A DNA stretch of 64,000 nt from Candidatus Zambryskiibacteriota bacterium (GCA_003233455.1 QILQ01000043.1:442-64441); one strand, 5' to 3'. Positions 19,254 through 28,994 are shown, counted from the stretch's first letter. The notes: generated by a model from the letters alone, not told the origin. Program-made: numbers and translations.

Positions 19254-19568
19254 TTGACAAGATATATACAACATATATACTTCTTATATATGGATACTGT
19301 GATATTTAAAATAGATAAAAAACTTAAACAAGCTGCCCAAAAACAAGCTAAAAAGGGAGGTTTTTCTTTATCTGACTATTATAGATCAGTTACTATTCCT
19401 TTGGCGGAAGGGAAAAGTAGGATTGGTTTAATTCGGGAGGAACAGTTAAATGCAAAAACTGTTCGTGAACTTTTAAAGATTTCAAAAGATATTAAAGAAG
19501 GTAAAAATCTATCTCCTGTTTTTGATAATGTAGAAGATGCTATAAATTATTTAAAATGTGCTAAATGA
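19254..19568 (+). CDS. RelB/DinJ-family antitoxin
   Basis: Paralogous to 34590-34853 and 63330-63635 (shared KDIKEGKN...F.NVEDAINYL C-terminus). Confidence 0.55.
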   Translation: MTRYIQHIYFLYMDTVIFKIDKKLKQAAQKQAKKGGFSLSDYYRSVTIPLAEGKSRIGLIREEQLNAKTVRELLKISKDIKEGKNLSPVFDNVEDAINYLKCAK

Positions 19569-19621
19569 GAATAGATTATCACAGAAGATTTGTTAAAAAT
19601 TTTATTAAATTATTTATATAA
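19565..19621 (+). pseudogene. Truncated YafQ/RelE-type toxin remnant (MRIDYHRRFVKNFIKLFI*)
   Basis: Resembles N-terminus of 63640-63900 toxin; stops after 18 codons. Confidence 0.3.
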
Positions 19622-19684
19622 TAATTTAATAATTCAATAACAAAAAATAATCACATCATCCATAATAATTTTATTTTTTAAGAT

Positions 19685-19735
19685 ACTATACAAATGGGAC
19701 GATCGTCCCGTTTGTATAGTCTGTTTTTTATTTTG
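19685..19735 (+). terminator. Perfect 36-bp palindrome ACTATACAAATGGGACGATCGTCCCGTTTGTATAGT followed by T-tract; second copy at 41672-41706
   Basis: GC core stem + U-run; both copies adjacent to TA cassettes in r-protein operons. Confidence 0.5.
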
Positions 19736-19828
19736 AAAATATTGACAAAAAATTTGCAAAAAATTGATAATTCTGTTAATCTATCAAAAGCCAAACGGCG
19801 TTTTTTATTGAGGATATGAATTAAAGAT

Positions 19829-20461
19829 ATGAAATTTACATTAGCTAAAAAAGTAAATATGACCCAGATTTTTGGGGAAGATGGTAAAGTGACGGCAGTG
19901 ACTGTTTTGAATGTGGAGCCTATAGTGGTTTCTCAAATTAAAACTAAAGAAAAAGATGGTTATAGTGCGGTACAGGTAGGCACTGGTTCTCGCAGAGAAA
20001 AAAACACTCCAAAACCTGTTTTAGGACATTTGAAGGATGTTCCTATGCCTGAAGGAAAGAAGGGAAGTTTCGCTGTTCTTAAAGAATTTAGATTAGAGGA
20101 TACTTCTTCTTTAAACAAAGGGGATAATATGGAGGTAGATACTTTTACTATTGGCGATAAAATTGCTGTTTCTGCTATATCAAAAGGTAAAGGTTTTCAA
20201 GGAGTGGTTAAAAGACATGGCTTCCATGGTGGTCCTCGTTCTCATGGACAAAAACATTCTGAAAGAGAGCCGGGTTCTATTGGTGCCACCGGACCTCAGA
20301 GAGTTTTTAAAGGAGTAAAAATGGCTGGTCGGATGGGAAGCGATAAGGTAACGGTGAAAAATTTAAAAGTGGTTGCCATAGATAAAGAAAACAATATAAT
20401 GATGGTCTCCGGTGCGGTGCCGGGCAGAAGAGGAACACTGGTTGAAATTCGCTCAGTTTGA
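19829..20461 (+). CDS. rplC: 50S ribosomal protein L3
   Basis: L3 family blocks (KGKGFQGVVKRHGF). Confidence 0.9.
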   Translation: MKFTLAKKVNMTQIFGEDGKVTAVTVLNVEPIVVSQIKTKEKDGYSAVQVGTGSRREKNTPKPVLGHLKDVPMPEGKKGSFAVLKEFRLEDTSSLNKGDNMEVDTFTIGDKIAVSAISKGKGFQGVVKRHGFHGGPRSHGQKHSEREPGSIGATGPQRVFKGVKMAGRMGSDKVTVKNLKVVAIDKENNIMMVSGAVPGRRGTLVEIRSV

Positions 20462-20516
20462 AAATTTTAAAATTGATACATTTAATGAAAATTCTAAATT
20501 GAAAATTTAAATCATC

Positions 20517-21176
20517 ATGGAAGCGACAATATATAATCAAACAGGTAAAGAAGAAGGAAAAATAAAACTTCCGGAAAAAGTTTTCGGTTTATCTTGGAAT
20601 ACAGATTTGGTGCATCAAGTAGCCACTTCTATGATGGCAAACAAAAGAATTCCTATCGCTCATACAAAAAACAGAGGTGAAGTTTCTGGTGGTGGCAAAA
20701 AACCATGGAGACAAAAAGGCACCGGCAGAGCTAGACATGGTTCAAGAAGAAGTCCTATTTGGGTTGGTGGTGGAGTTACTCATGGACCCAGAAATGACAA
20801 AGACTATTCAAAAAAAATCAATAAAAAAATGAAAGTCAAAGCTCTTTTTACGGTGCTTTCTCGCAAATTCAAGGAGGGAGAAGTGATTTTTATTGATAAT
20901 ATTTCTTTGAAAGCTCCAAAAACAAAAGAAGCGAAAAATATAATAAATTCTTTATCAAAAATAAAAGAATTAAGTTCTATCACCAGAAGAAAAAATGCCG
21001 CCTTTATCGCTCTTCAACAAAAAAATGAAAATATTTTAAAAAGTTTTAGTAATTTTGGTAATTTAGAAATCGGTCAATTGAAGGATTTGAATGTTTTAGA
21101 CCTTTTGCAATACAGATATCTTGTTGTGACTGATCCGGAAAAATCAATAACAATTCTTTCTTCCAAGATAAAATAA
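20517..21176 (+). CDS. rplD: 50S ribosomal protein L4
   Basis: WRQKGTGRARHGS motif. Confidence 0.9.
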   Translation: MEATIYNQTGKEEGKIKLPEKVFGLSWNTDLVHQVATSMMANKRIPIAHTKNRGEVSGGGKKPWRQKGTGRARHGSRRSPIWVGGGVTHGPRNDKDYSKKINKKMKVKALFTVLSRKFKEGEVIFIDNISLKAPKTKEAKNIINSLSKIKELSSITRRKNAAFIALQQKNENILKSFSNFGNLEIGQLKDLNVLDLLQYRYLVVTDPEKSITILSSKIK

Positions 21177-21181
21177 AAATT

Positions 21182-21469
21182 ATGACAATAGATTTAAAAG
21201 CAAAATACGCGAATATTTTATTAAGACCCCGTATTACCGAGAAGGCTAATTCTATGGCAGATAAAAATATTCACACTTTTGAAATTGCGTCAAAGGCGAC
21301 CAAAAAACAGGTTATTGAAACAATTAAAGCTTTTTATAAAATTTCTCCCGTGAAAGTGAATATCGTTAAAAATCCCGCCAAGAAAGTTTTTATAAAAGGA
21401 AAGAAAGGTGTTAAAACAGGAGTGAAAAAAGCTTATGTCTATTTAAAAGAAGGAGATAAGATAGAATAG
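21182..21469 (+). CDS. rplW: 50S ribosomal protein L23
   Basis: LLRPRITEKA; synteny rplD-rplW-rplB. Confidence 0.9.
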   Translation: MTIDLKAKYANILLRPRITEKANSMADKNIHTFEIASKATKKQVIETIKAFYKISPVKVNIVKNPAKKVFIKGKKGVKTGVKKAYVYLKEGDKIE

Positions 21470-21483
21470 TTCAAAATAAAAAT

Positions 21484-22332
21484 ATGGCAATAAAAAATTA
21501 CAAACCAACATCAAAATCAAGGAGACATATGTCTATTGTCTCTTATAAATCTATTTTAACTAAAAACAAACCTCTAAAAGCTCTCACTTCCGGCGTGAAG
21601 AGATCTGTCGGACGAAATAATGCGGGCAGGATAACAACGCGTCATAAAGGTGGCGGTCATAAGAGATTATTTAGAGAGATTGATTTTAAATACAACAAAA
21701 TCAATATTCCTTATAAAATAACTTCTGTGGAATATGACCCAAATCGCACCGGGTTTATCGGTATTGCTGTTTATGAAGATGGCGAGAAAAGATATATTCT
21801 TTTGCCAAAAAATATTAAAGTTGGCGAAAAACTTTTAACAGGAGAAAAGGCGGAAATAAAACAAGGTAATAGATTACCGTTAAAGAGTATACCGACTGGC
21901 GCTTTTGTTTATAATGTGGAACTAAAACCTCTTGGGGGAGCGAGAATTGCTCGTTCAGCCGGCAATTTTGTTCAAGTATTGGCTAAGGATGCTGGTTATG
22001 TTGATTTAAAAATGCCATCTAGTGAAATACGCAAAGTGAAAGAAACTTGTTGGGCCAGTATTGGCACGGTTTCAAATGAAGAAAAAAGACTTGAAAATTA
22101 TGGAAAGGCCGGAAAAAGCAGGTGGAAAGGTATTCGTCCAACAGTACGAGGTACCGCAATGAATCCGGTTGACCATCCGCATGGTGGCGGTGAAGGTAGG
22201 CAAGGCAGAGGCAGGAAACGAGCGGTTTCTAAATGGGGTAAACCAACCGGTAAAGGTCAAAAATCGCGACGCACTAAAAAATATTCTGATAAATTTATTA
22301 TTAGCAGAAGAAAAGTAGGCAAGAAGAGATAA
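21484..22332 (+). CDS. rplB: 50S ribosomal protein L2
   Basis: GTAMNPVDHPHGGGEG motif. Confidence 0.95.
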   Translation: MAIKNYKPTSKSRRHMSIVSYKSILTKNKPLKALTSGVKRSVGRNNAGRITTRHKGGGHKRLFREIDFKYNKINIPYKITSVEYDPNRTGFIGIAVYEDGEKRYILLPKNIKVGEKLLTGEKAEIKQGNRLPLKSIPTGAFVYNVELKPLGGARIARSAGNFVQVLAKDAGYVDLKMPSSEIRKVKETCWASIGTVSNEEKRLENYGKAGKSRWKGIRPTVRGTAMNPVDHPHGGGEGRQGRGRKRAVSKWGKPTGKGQKSRRTKKYSDKFIISRRKVGKKR

Positions 22333-22334
22333 TT

Positions 22335-22742
22335 ATGAATAATATAAAAATTTCACTGATTGATATTGATAAAAGAAAAAAGCTGAATATAAGATCCGGA
22401 GATACAGCGCGTGTTACTCAAAAAATAATTGAAAAAGATAAAAAGACCGGCAAGCCAAAAACCAGATTGCAGGATTTTGAAGGATTATGTTTGGCAGTCA
22501 AGCACGGTAAAGAAGCCGGAGGCACTTTTACTTTGAGAAAAGTGGCGTCAGGGGTGGGAGTTGAAAGAATTTTTCCAATTTATTCTCCAATGATAGAAAA
22601 AATAAAAATAATTAAACGCTCCAAAGTTCGTCGCGCCAAACTTTATCATATTCGTGATAAAGCGGCTAAAGAAATTCGTCGTCAAATGAGAAATGTCAGA
22701 GCTTTACCTAAAGTGGAAGAAATTGAACTTGACACAAAATAA
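22335..22742 (+). CDS. rplS: 50S ribosomal protein L19 (unusual position directly after rplB)
   Basis: RSGDTARV...FEGLCLAVKHG...GVGVERIFPIYSP...VRRAKLYHIR matches L19. Confidence 0.8.
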   Translation: MNNIKISLIDIDKRKKLNIRSGDTARVTQKIIEKDKKTGKPKTRLQDFEGLCLAVKHGKEAGGTFTLRKVASGVGVERIFPIYSPMIEKIKIIKRSKVRRAKLYHIRDKAAKEIRRQMRNVRALPKVEEIELDTK

Positions 22743-22841
22743 CTCCTTCACTCATTCATTCACTCACTCTTCATTTTTGGTCTACTAATGGGAACACCTC
22801 ACCCCTCGCTTCGCGTAGGAGAGGGGAAAGAAAAACTTAAC
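22728..22841. repeat. 114-bp direct repeat copy 1 (rplS 3' end + GGGTGAGG palindromic element); copy 2 at 23668-23784
   Basis: Near-identical (3-bp indel) copies flank the HD-domain gene. Confidence 0.75.
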
Positions 22842-22893
22842 TAAATCACTTTAAGGCGTAGAAATTCAAACAAAGATTATGTAGCGGCACAAG

Positions 22894-23541
22894 TTAAAGC
22901 ACTTTTAGATTTTCTGCAATTTTTAACATTTCAGAAATACTCTTGTCTTCTAATGATTCTTTCACATTATTCCAAAGAGCAAGATTTGTTTTTGCCCAAT
23001 TCAAATATTTTGTTTTTGCTAAATCAGTATAAAAATAAATTCCTTCGTCCAGTAATTTATTTTGTTCAGAAGTAATTTTATTTGCTAGCTTTTGTATATC
23101 TATTTTATTTTGTTTGATATAATTATTTGTAAATAAAATTGGTGTAATTGGTAAAGACTTGAACAAAGTATCGGCATCACTTAATGATTTTCCTTCATTT
23201 GAAATATTTTGATTTCTAATTGCAGTATGAGCTTCCATAATTATATTTTCAATTTTGATGATTTCCTCATCAGAATATCCGCTTTTAATCAAAATATTAT
23301 TACGGTAACTATTCGCTTCTTCAGGTTCAGAATTAACTTTTACAATATAATTCAAATCATGAACAAGTGCCGCTGACTCAACAAAAAATAAATTGGCGTT
23401 GATTGATTTAGCAAAAACAATTGCTTTATTTTTTACAAAAACAATATGGTGCCATCCATGAAAAAGTAGTTTTTTACTTTTTTTTAAGTATACCTTTTCA
23501 AGGTTTAAAGTTAAATTATTTATCTTGCTTTTTTGTTTCAT
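22894..23541 (-). CDS. HD-domain phosphohydrolase-like protein
   Basis: HGWHH...VHD...SDAD matches H..H/HD/D motif set of the HD superfamily. Confidence 0.55.
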   Translation of the reverse strand: MKQKSKINNLTLNLEKVYLKKSKKLLFHGWHHIVFVKNKAIVFAKSINANLFFVESAALVHDLNYIVKVNSEPEEANSYRNNILIKSGYSDEEIIKIENIIMEAHTAIRNQNISNEGKSLSDADTLFKSLPITPILFTNNYIKQNKIDIQKLANKITSEQNKLLDEGIYFYTDLAKTKYLNWAKTNLALWNNVKESLEDKSISEMLKIAENLKVL

Positions 23542-23667
23542 AACCCAGGTGCACCAATCTTTTGTTATATATTATACAAACTCAATATATAATTATTACA
23601 TAAACTGTAAATAATCATACTATCAAGATTATTTTACTGATTTTTATAAAATTATGCAACAAAAATA

Positions 23668-23784
23668 CTTGACACAAAATAACTCCTTCACTCATTCATT
23701 CACTCACTCTTCATTTTTGGTCTACTAATGGGAACACCTCACCCCTCGCTTCGCGTATAAGGAGAGGGGAAAGAAAAACTTAAC
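23668..23784. repeat. Direct repeat copy 2 (see 22728-22841)
   Basis: Direct comparison. Confidence 0.75.
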
Positions 23785-23856
23785 ATTATACTAAAATCTA
23801 GATAGGGTGAGGTGTTTGAAAAAAGATGGAAAGTAGATATACTTTGTTTGTAATTA

Positions 23857-23941
23857 GCGCGAGTGGTGGAATTGGTAGACACGCTGGCATGAGGTGCCAG
23901 TGCCGTAAGGTGTGCAGGTTCAAGTCCTGTCTCGCGCACCA
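23857..23941 (+). tRNA. tRNA-Leu (anticodon GAG), long variable arm, CCA encoded
   Basis: Acceptor GCGCGAG/CTCGCGC, anticodon loop AT-GAG-GT, T-arm GGTTCAAGTCC. Confidence 0.8.
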
Positions 23942-23982
23942 AAATCGCTAACCGCTAGTAAAAATTTTCTTTATGGTATAAA

Positions 23983-24639
23983 GTGAGTATTATGCTTTAC
24001 ACTAAAAAAGGAGATGATGGAACAACCAAAACATTCGGATGCGATCAACGGATATCAAAAAGTTCGGCGGTTGCGGAAGCTTTAGGAAATCTTGACGAAA
24101 TAAACTCATTTTTAGGTCTTTGTAAGGTTCAAGCGACTTATCTTGGTTTTAAGTTGAAGGATACGAATTTGGCTGACTTTGTTCATAATATGCAAAAAAA
24201 TCTTTTTATTATTCAAGCGGAAATAGCTGGAGCTGATAAAGTAATTACTGAAGATAAAGTTAAAGAATTAGAAGAGATTGTGGATAATATTGAAAAGGAA
24301 TTACCGCCGATAAAATCTTTTTTCATCTCTGGAGGTACATCTGATATGACCAAGTGGCAATTGGGGGGAGCGGGGCTTGGAGCTATTTTTGATATTGCTC
24401 GCGTTATTGCCAGAAGAGCCGAGAGAAGGGTAATCGTTTTAGATGAAGAAATATCCCAACCTCAACTTCCAATTTCCAAATTAAAACAAGATAAAAATAA
24501 TCCGTCAGCTGACGGAATAAAAGAAATAAGTAAACAAACTAAAGCTTATTTAAATAGACTTTCAAGTGCTCTATATGCACTGGCTCGCTATTCAAATCAT
24601 AAAGTTGGCATAATAGAAGAAGCTCCTGATTATCGGTAA
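23983..24639 (+). CDS. PduO-type ATP:cob(I)alamin adenosyltransferase-like protein with C-terminal extension
   Basis: MLYTKKGDDGTT...EALGNLDEINSFLGL N-terminal signature. Confidence 0.6.
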   Translation: MSIMLYTKKGDDGTTKTFGCDQRISKSSAVAEALGNLDEINSFLGLCKVQATYLGFKLKDTNLADFVHNMQKNLFIIQAEIAGADKVITEDKVKELEEIVDNIEKELPPIKSFFISGGTSDMTKWQLGGAGLGAIFDIARVIARRAERRVIVLDEEISQPQLPISKLKQDKNNPSADGIKEISKQTKAYLNRLSSALYALARYSNHKVGIIEEAPDYR

Positions 24640-24710
24640 TTGAGGAAAATAAAAACTGGAGAAATTGCATATTTTATGCCAAAATATCTTTTGTCGGTGT
24701 TTTTTATATT

Positions 24711-24787
24711 GGTGGTAGTAGCTCAGCTAGTAGAGCGCCGCTCTGTGGAAGCGGAGGTCGTGGGGGCAGAACCCATCTACCACCCAT
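24711..24787 (+). tRNA. tRNA-His (anticodon GTG) with G-1:C73; atypical T-loop, no encoded CCA
   Basis: G-1 GTGGTAG acceptor pairs CTACCAC+C73; anticodon stem CCGCT/AGCGG, loop CT-GTG-GA. Confidence 0.55.
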
Positions 24788-24814
24788 TTTTATTTTGTAT
24801 AATATAATTATATT

Positions 24815-25198
24815 ATGAAAAGATTAATTTTTATTTTTATAATAGCTTTTGTTTTAAATTTTGTTTGGGAAAATTTACACGTAGTGTTTTACAATAATTA
24901 TTTAGGAGGAGAAATTACAAAATTTATTTTATTTCAAGCTTCTATTGTGGATGCTTTTATAATAACTTTGGTATCTCTTCCTTTTTTATATATAAAATAT
25001 TTTGAGAATAAAACATGGTTAATCATAATTTTTGGAATGATAATCTCTATATGTATTGAATGGTTCGCTTTATCTATAAATTGGTGGCAATACAGTCCAA
25101 ATATGCCGATAGTGCCTATATTGAAAATAGGTATCACTCCTATGATACAACTTGGTCTTTTGGGTTACATTTCGTATAAAATAGTGCAATCCACATAA
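24815..25198 (+). CDS. Hypothetical membrane protein
   Basis: Four hydrophobic segments. Confidence 0.4.
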   Translation: MKRLIFIFIIAFVLNFVWENLHVVFYNNYLGGEITKFILFQASIVDAFIITLVSLPFLYIKYFENKTWLIIIFGMIISICIEWFALSINWWQYSPNMPIVPILKIGITPMIQLGLLGYISYKIVQST

Positions 25199-25283
25199 AA
25201 AGGATGCAAGGTTTTTTATTTTGTTATAGAATATATAGTAGGAGAATTTATTTTTATTTAATTATTTAATTATTTAATTCAAT

Positions 25284-25550
25284 ATGGAATCAACAAATGA
25301 AGACTACAAACAAATGCTCACAGAAATAATCAAAAAACAGATTGTTATTTTAGGTCCTCAAATTGCGGTGCTTAAAGCTAGAGGGGTGGCTGGATTGAAA
25401 GTATCAGACGATGGAGTAGTTACTGATGTCGCCGGACCGGAACAAACTGTGTTACAACAATTGATAGATAAATATGTCGCTCTTTCAGGAGAAATTGTTA
25501 AAAATGCCGTTAATTCTATTTTTGAAAAATATCCTTCAATCAAACATTAA
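25284..25550 (+). CDS. Hypothetical protein
   Basis: 88-aa ORF. Confidence 0.3.
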   Translation: MESTNEDYKQMLTEIIKKQIVILGPQIAVLKARGVAGLKVSDDGVVTDVAGPEQTVLQQLIDKYVALSGEIVKNAVNSIFEKYPSIKH

Positions 25551-25568
25551 TTTAATATGATTTAATAT

Positions 25569-25967
25569 ATGAAAAAATTTTTATTATTGTTGGTCGTTAT
25601 CGGGATTACGCAACCGTTGGGGGTTTTTGCTCAAACATTAAATGGGTCAATTTCTAATGATGGTTTTGCTTACGCTTCGGTATTTACCGGAAATTTTTCT
25701 CTGTTACTTTCTATTGTTATAGGAATTATAGCTACTTTTTTTGTTTTTAGGGCGGCCAAAATATTAGGAGGCGGTTTATTTGGGTCAGTTCTTAATTATA
25801 TTGGAGTCGGTATGTTTCTTGTTGTTTTGGGAACTATAGCTACTATTGCTAACAGCTGGTTTATAGATTTTTGGTTTAATATTGCCAGCACTGTCTTTTT
25901 TGCTATAGGATATATTTTTATGGTTATTGGTGCCAACAAGCTCCTTAAAGGCATAATGGATAATTAA
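25569..25967 (+). CDS. Hypothetical secreted/membrane protein
   Basis: Signal peptide + three TM segments. Confidence 0.4.
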   Translation: MKKFLLLLVVIGITQPLGVFAQTLNGSISNDGFAYASVFTGNFSLLLSIVIGIIATFFVFRAAKILGGGLFGSVLNYIGVGMFLVVLGTIATIANSWFIDFWFNIASTVFFAIGYIFMVIGANKLLKGIMDN

Positions 25968-25968
25968 A

Positions 25969-27732
25969 ATGAATATTGCGCTTCATTCAGGCGCCGTGAT
26001 GTATCTGTTTTTAATCTCTGCATTTTTGCTGTTGATTGTTTTTTATTTTTTTATTAGAAGAAGAGAAAAAGAGATAATAAAAGAAAAAGAAGAATCAACT
26101 CGCCACCTCTATGAACTTACTATTCTTAAAGAATTAGGAGAAAGAGTGGGATATTCCTTGGATGTGGAAGAGATTCTTCAAATTATAACAGGTTCTTTAA
26201 GGCAGTTTATAGATTATACGGCTGTTGGTTATATTGTTATCACTCCTGAAAAAGTAAAAATAAATACTCATATAGAAAAATCAGTTAGCCATTTATTTTT
26301 GAAAGAAATGAAAGAAAAAATGATAGCTTCACTTTCCGCTCTTACCGACAAATCTTTTGATGATTCCAGATTGGATGAGGCGGTTTCCGGAGCTATTGTT
26401 ATTGATGAAATGGAGCAAAATATTGGTTCTCTTTTTAATATCCCCTTAGTCATCGGGGGTAAAGTAGTTGGAGTTTTAACCGTGGCTCATATAGACTCGG
26501 GTTTGTATAAAGAAGAAGATATGACTATCTTGTATAAAATAACCGGTCAAGCTTCGGGGGCGGTTTCTCGTTTACAGGAAGTGGTTAAAATTGAAAAAGG
26601 AAAATTAAACGCTATGGTGGAAAGTATGCAAGATGGAGTTTTAATGGTTGATACTGAATATAGAATAGTAGTCGCTAATCCCGCAATTAAAAAAATTATA
26701 AAATTTAATCCGTCACCTGATGAAAATAAGGAAGTGAATATTTTTAATTTTGTAGATGCACTCGGCGGTAAATTTGATATCCACGGTAGACTGGAAGAAG
26801 CCTTGGTTAATAAAAAAACTTTTGTTTCGGAGAGAATAAACATTGACGATTCTTTTTTTGAGATTGGAGTTTCTCCGGTTTTGCATTTAATGCCAAAAGG
26901 TGGTAGTCAAATGCATGGAGCGGTGGTGGTTTTTAATGATATTACTAGAGACATTGAACTTGAAAGAGTTAGAGAGGAATTTACCGGTATGATTGTGCAT
27001 GAACTTCGTTCACCACTTGATGGTATTAAAAAAATCACAGAGTCGGCTATTTCCGGCAACATTGATAGAAATTCGGACCAATTTAAAGAATATTTGAATA
27101 TGATTTATCAAAGCTCAGCGTCAATGCTTGGATTAGTTAATGATATTTTAGACCTTTCCAAACTTCAAGCCGGTAAATTTGAAGTAAATAAAGAAAAAGC
27201 TAATATTAAGGAGGTAATAAATAATAGAATTTTATTTTATAAAATTTCGGCTGATGTTAGAAAAATATCATTGGAAGCTTATTTGGATGATAGTTTACCG
27301 GATTTTTTTGAATTTGATCCTCGAGCCTTGAAACAAATTTTAAATAATTTTATTTCTAACGCTTTAAAATTTACTTCATCTAATGGCTCGGTTTTAGTTT
27401 CCGCTTTTCTTTATGACCCTAAAGAATATTTTCCCAAAGATTTTGACAGAACAAAAGCTCCGGTATTTCCTGAAGCAAAAGATATAAATGTTAAAAAGCC
27501 TTCTTTGTGTGTGGTTGTTTCCGATACCGGTATTGGTATACCCTCGGATAATATTAAAGACTTATTTCATACTTTTAAACAAGCGAGATTAAGTCCGATA
27601 GATAAGGAAAGTAAAGGTACCGGTTTGGGTTTAGTTATTGCCAAAGGTATTGTGGAAGCTCATAATGGCACTATTGGCGTTGTTTCAAAAGAAGGGGCAG
27701 GCACCAGTTTTTTCTTTACAATTCCTTTGTAG
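25969..27732 (+). CDS. Sensor histidine kinase (TM, GAF/PAS-like sensor, HisKA, HATPase_c)
   Basis: HELRSPL H-box; N, G1 (DTGIGI), G2 (GTGLGL) boxes. Confidence 0.8.
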   Translation: MNIALHSGAVMYLFLISAFLLLIVFYFFIRRREKEIIKEKEESTRHLYELTILKELGERVGYSLDVEEILQIITGSLRQFIDYTAVGYIVITPEKVKINTHIEKSVSHLFLKEMKEKMIASLSALTDKSFDDSRLDEAVSGAIVIDEMEQNIGSLFNIPLVIGGKVVGVLTVAHIDSGLYKEEDMTILYKITGQASGAVSRLQEVVKIEKGKLNAMVESMQDGVLMVDTEYRIVVANPAIKKIIKFNPSPDENKEVNIFNFVDALGGKFDIHGRLEEALVNKKTFVSERINIDDSFFEIGVSPVLHLMPKGGSQMHGAVVVFNDITRDIELERVREEFTGMIVHELRSPLDGIKKITESAISGNIDRNSDQFKEYLNMIYQSSASMLGLVNDILDLSKLQAGKFEVNKEKANIKEVINNRILFYKISADVRKISLEAYLDDSLPDFFEFDPRALKQILNNFISNALKFTSSNGSVLVSAFLYDPKEYFPKDFDRTKAPVFPEAKDINVKKPSLCVVVSDTGIGIPSDNIKDLFHTFKQARLSPIDKESKGTGLGLVIAKGIVEAHNGTIGVVSKEGAGTSFFFTIPL

Positions 27733-27842
27733 CGGTTATAATATTAATATACGAAAGCTATACGAAGATTAAGAAAGAATAATAAAAATAGCTTAAAAAT
27801 TTTCGCAGTTTTTCGTAATTATTCGCATAATTTTCGTATAAT

Positions 27843-28223
27843 ATGAAAAAAATACTTGTAATAGATGATGACCAATTTTTTCCAAAAACTTTAGAAGCCG
27901 CTTTGCCCAAAGCTAAATACAAATTGATTTCCGCTGAAGATGGAGAAGCTGGTTTAAAAAAACTTATATCCGAGAAACCGGATCTCATTATTCTTGATTT
28001 AATGATGCCTAAATTAGACGGCAGTGCTTTTTTAAAGAAACTTCAAGAATCAAAAGATTTGCCAAAGGTGCCAATTTTAGTTTCTTCCAATCTTTCCAGT
28101 ATTAAAAAAATAAGCGATGTAATGTCTATGGGGGTGGTGGGTTATGTGATTAAATCAGACGAGAGTATGCAGTCTATTGTTCAAGATATAGAACGAGTAT
28201 TGGGAGAAGAGGATAAAAAATAA
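27843..28223 (+). CDS. Stand-alone response-regulator receiver domain (CheY-like)
   Basis: VIDDD...LIILDLMMP...K motif set; no output domain. Confidence 0.75.
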   Translation: MKKILVIDDDQFFPKTLEAALPKAKYKLISAEDGEAGLKKLISEKPDLIILDLMMPKLDGSAFLKKLQESKDLPKVPILVSSNLSSIKKISDVMSMGVVGYVIKSDESMQSIVQDIERVLGEEDKK

Positions 28224-28246
28224 TTTTCGGTTAATAAAATTTAGGA

Positions 28247-28816
28247 TTATAATATTTCAGTGATAAAACTGCCAAAGTAAACAGTTAGGATGTTGCTGGG
28301 AATAAGACCCAAAAAAGTGCCGACAATATAGTCTCTCGTTTTTATTTTAGAGACGCCCATTAAAATATTAAGGATATTAATAGGCATTATTGGCACCATT
28401 CTTAAAATAATTATATCTCCTATCGCTCCGGATTCTAATCTTTTGTTGTATTTATTTAGATATTTCAGATACTTATTTTCTAAAATATTTGCTACTCGTT
28501 CTTGACCTAATTTTCTTGAAATAGTAAAAACTATAATGGAACTTGAAAAACCGCTAAAGATTGCATAAATAAAACCATATTTAAAACCAAATAAAATACC
28601 AGAAGCAATCATAAACGGAGTGGAAGGAATAAAAATAGCACCAAATATATAAAGCAAAATAAAAATAAGAGGTGCCCAAATACCGAAACTTTGTAGATAT
28701 ATTCTTATTTTCTCTAAATCAAGATCACCTCCATATATTTGATAAATTAAAAGTGAACCGAATGTTAAAACTAAAAACACAATAAAAAAAATTTTTTGCA
28801 ATCTTTGCCATTTCAT
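28247..28816 (-). CDS. DedA / TVP38-TMEM64 family membrane protein
   Basis: Polytopic with G-rich re-entrant motif typical of DedA family. Confidence 0.55.
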   Translation of the reverse strand: MKWQRLQKIFFIVFLVLTFGSLLIYQIYGGDLDLEKIRIYLQSFGIWAPLIFILLYIFGAIFIPSTPFMIASGILFGFKYGFIYAIFSGFSSSIIVFTISRKLGQERVANILENKYLKYLNKYNKRLESGAIGDIIILRMVPIMPINILNILMGVSKIKTRDYIVGTFLGLIPSNILTVYFGSFITEIL

Positions 28817-28912
28817 ATTATTATAATAACATTATTTATAAATAATTTTAAAAATATGAAGGATGATGATAGAGAACAATATATATTAAAAAGGAGGGGG
28901 TGAGGTTTGAAT

Positions 28913-28981
28913 TTGACAAGAATTTTACTTCGTGTATAATAAACATATAATTTAATAAAGAAGCCCCGCAAGGGGTTTTTT
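28913..28981 (+). promoter_or_regulatory. Consensus promoter TTGACA-16-TATAAT followed by GCCCCGCAAGGGG-T6 hairpin in the secE 5' leader
   Basis: Direct sequence reading. Confidence 0.4.
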
Positions 28982-28994
28982 AATAAAAAATATT

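Noticed and set aside
23739-23942. 67-aa ORF on the minus strand
   Set aside because: It completely overlaps a well-folded tRNA-Leu on the plus strand, so it is a spurious ORF.
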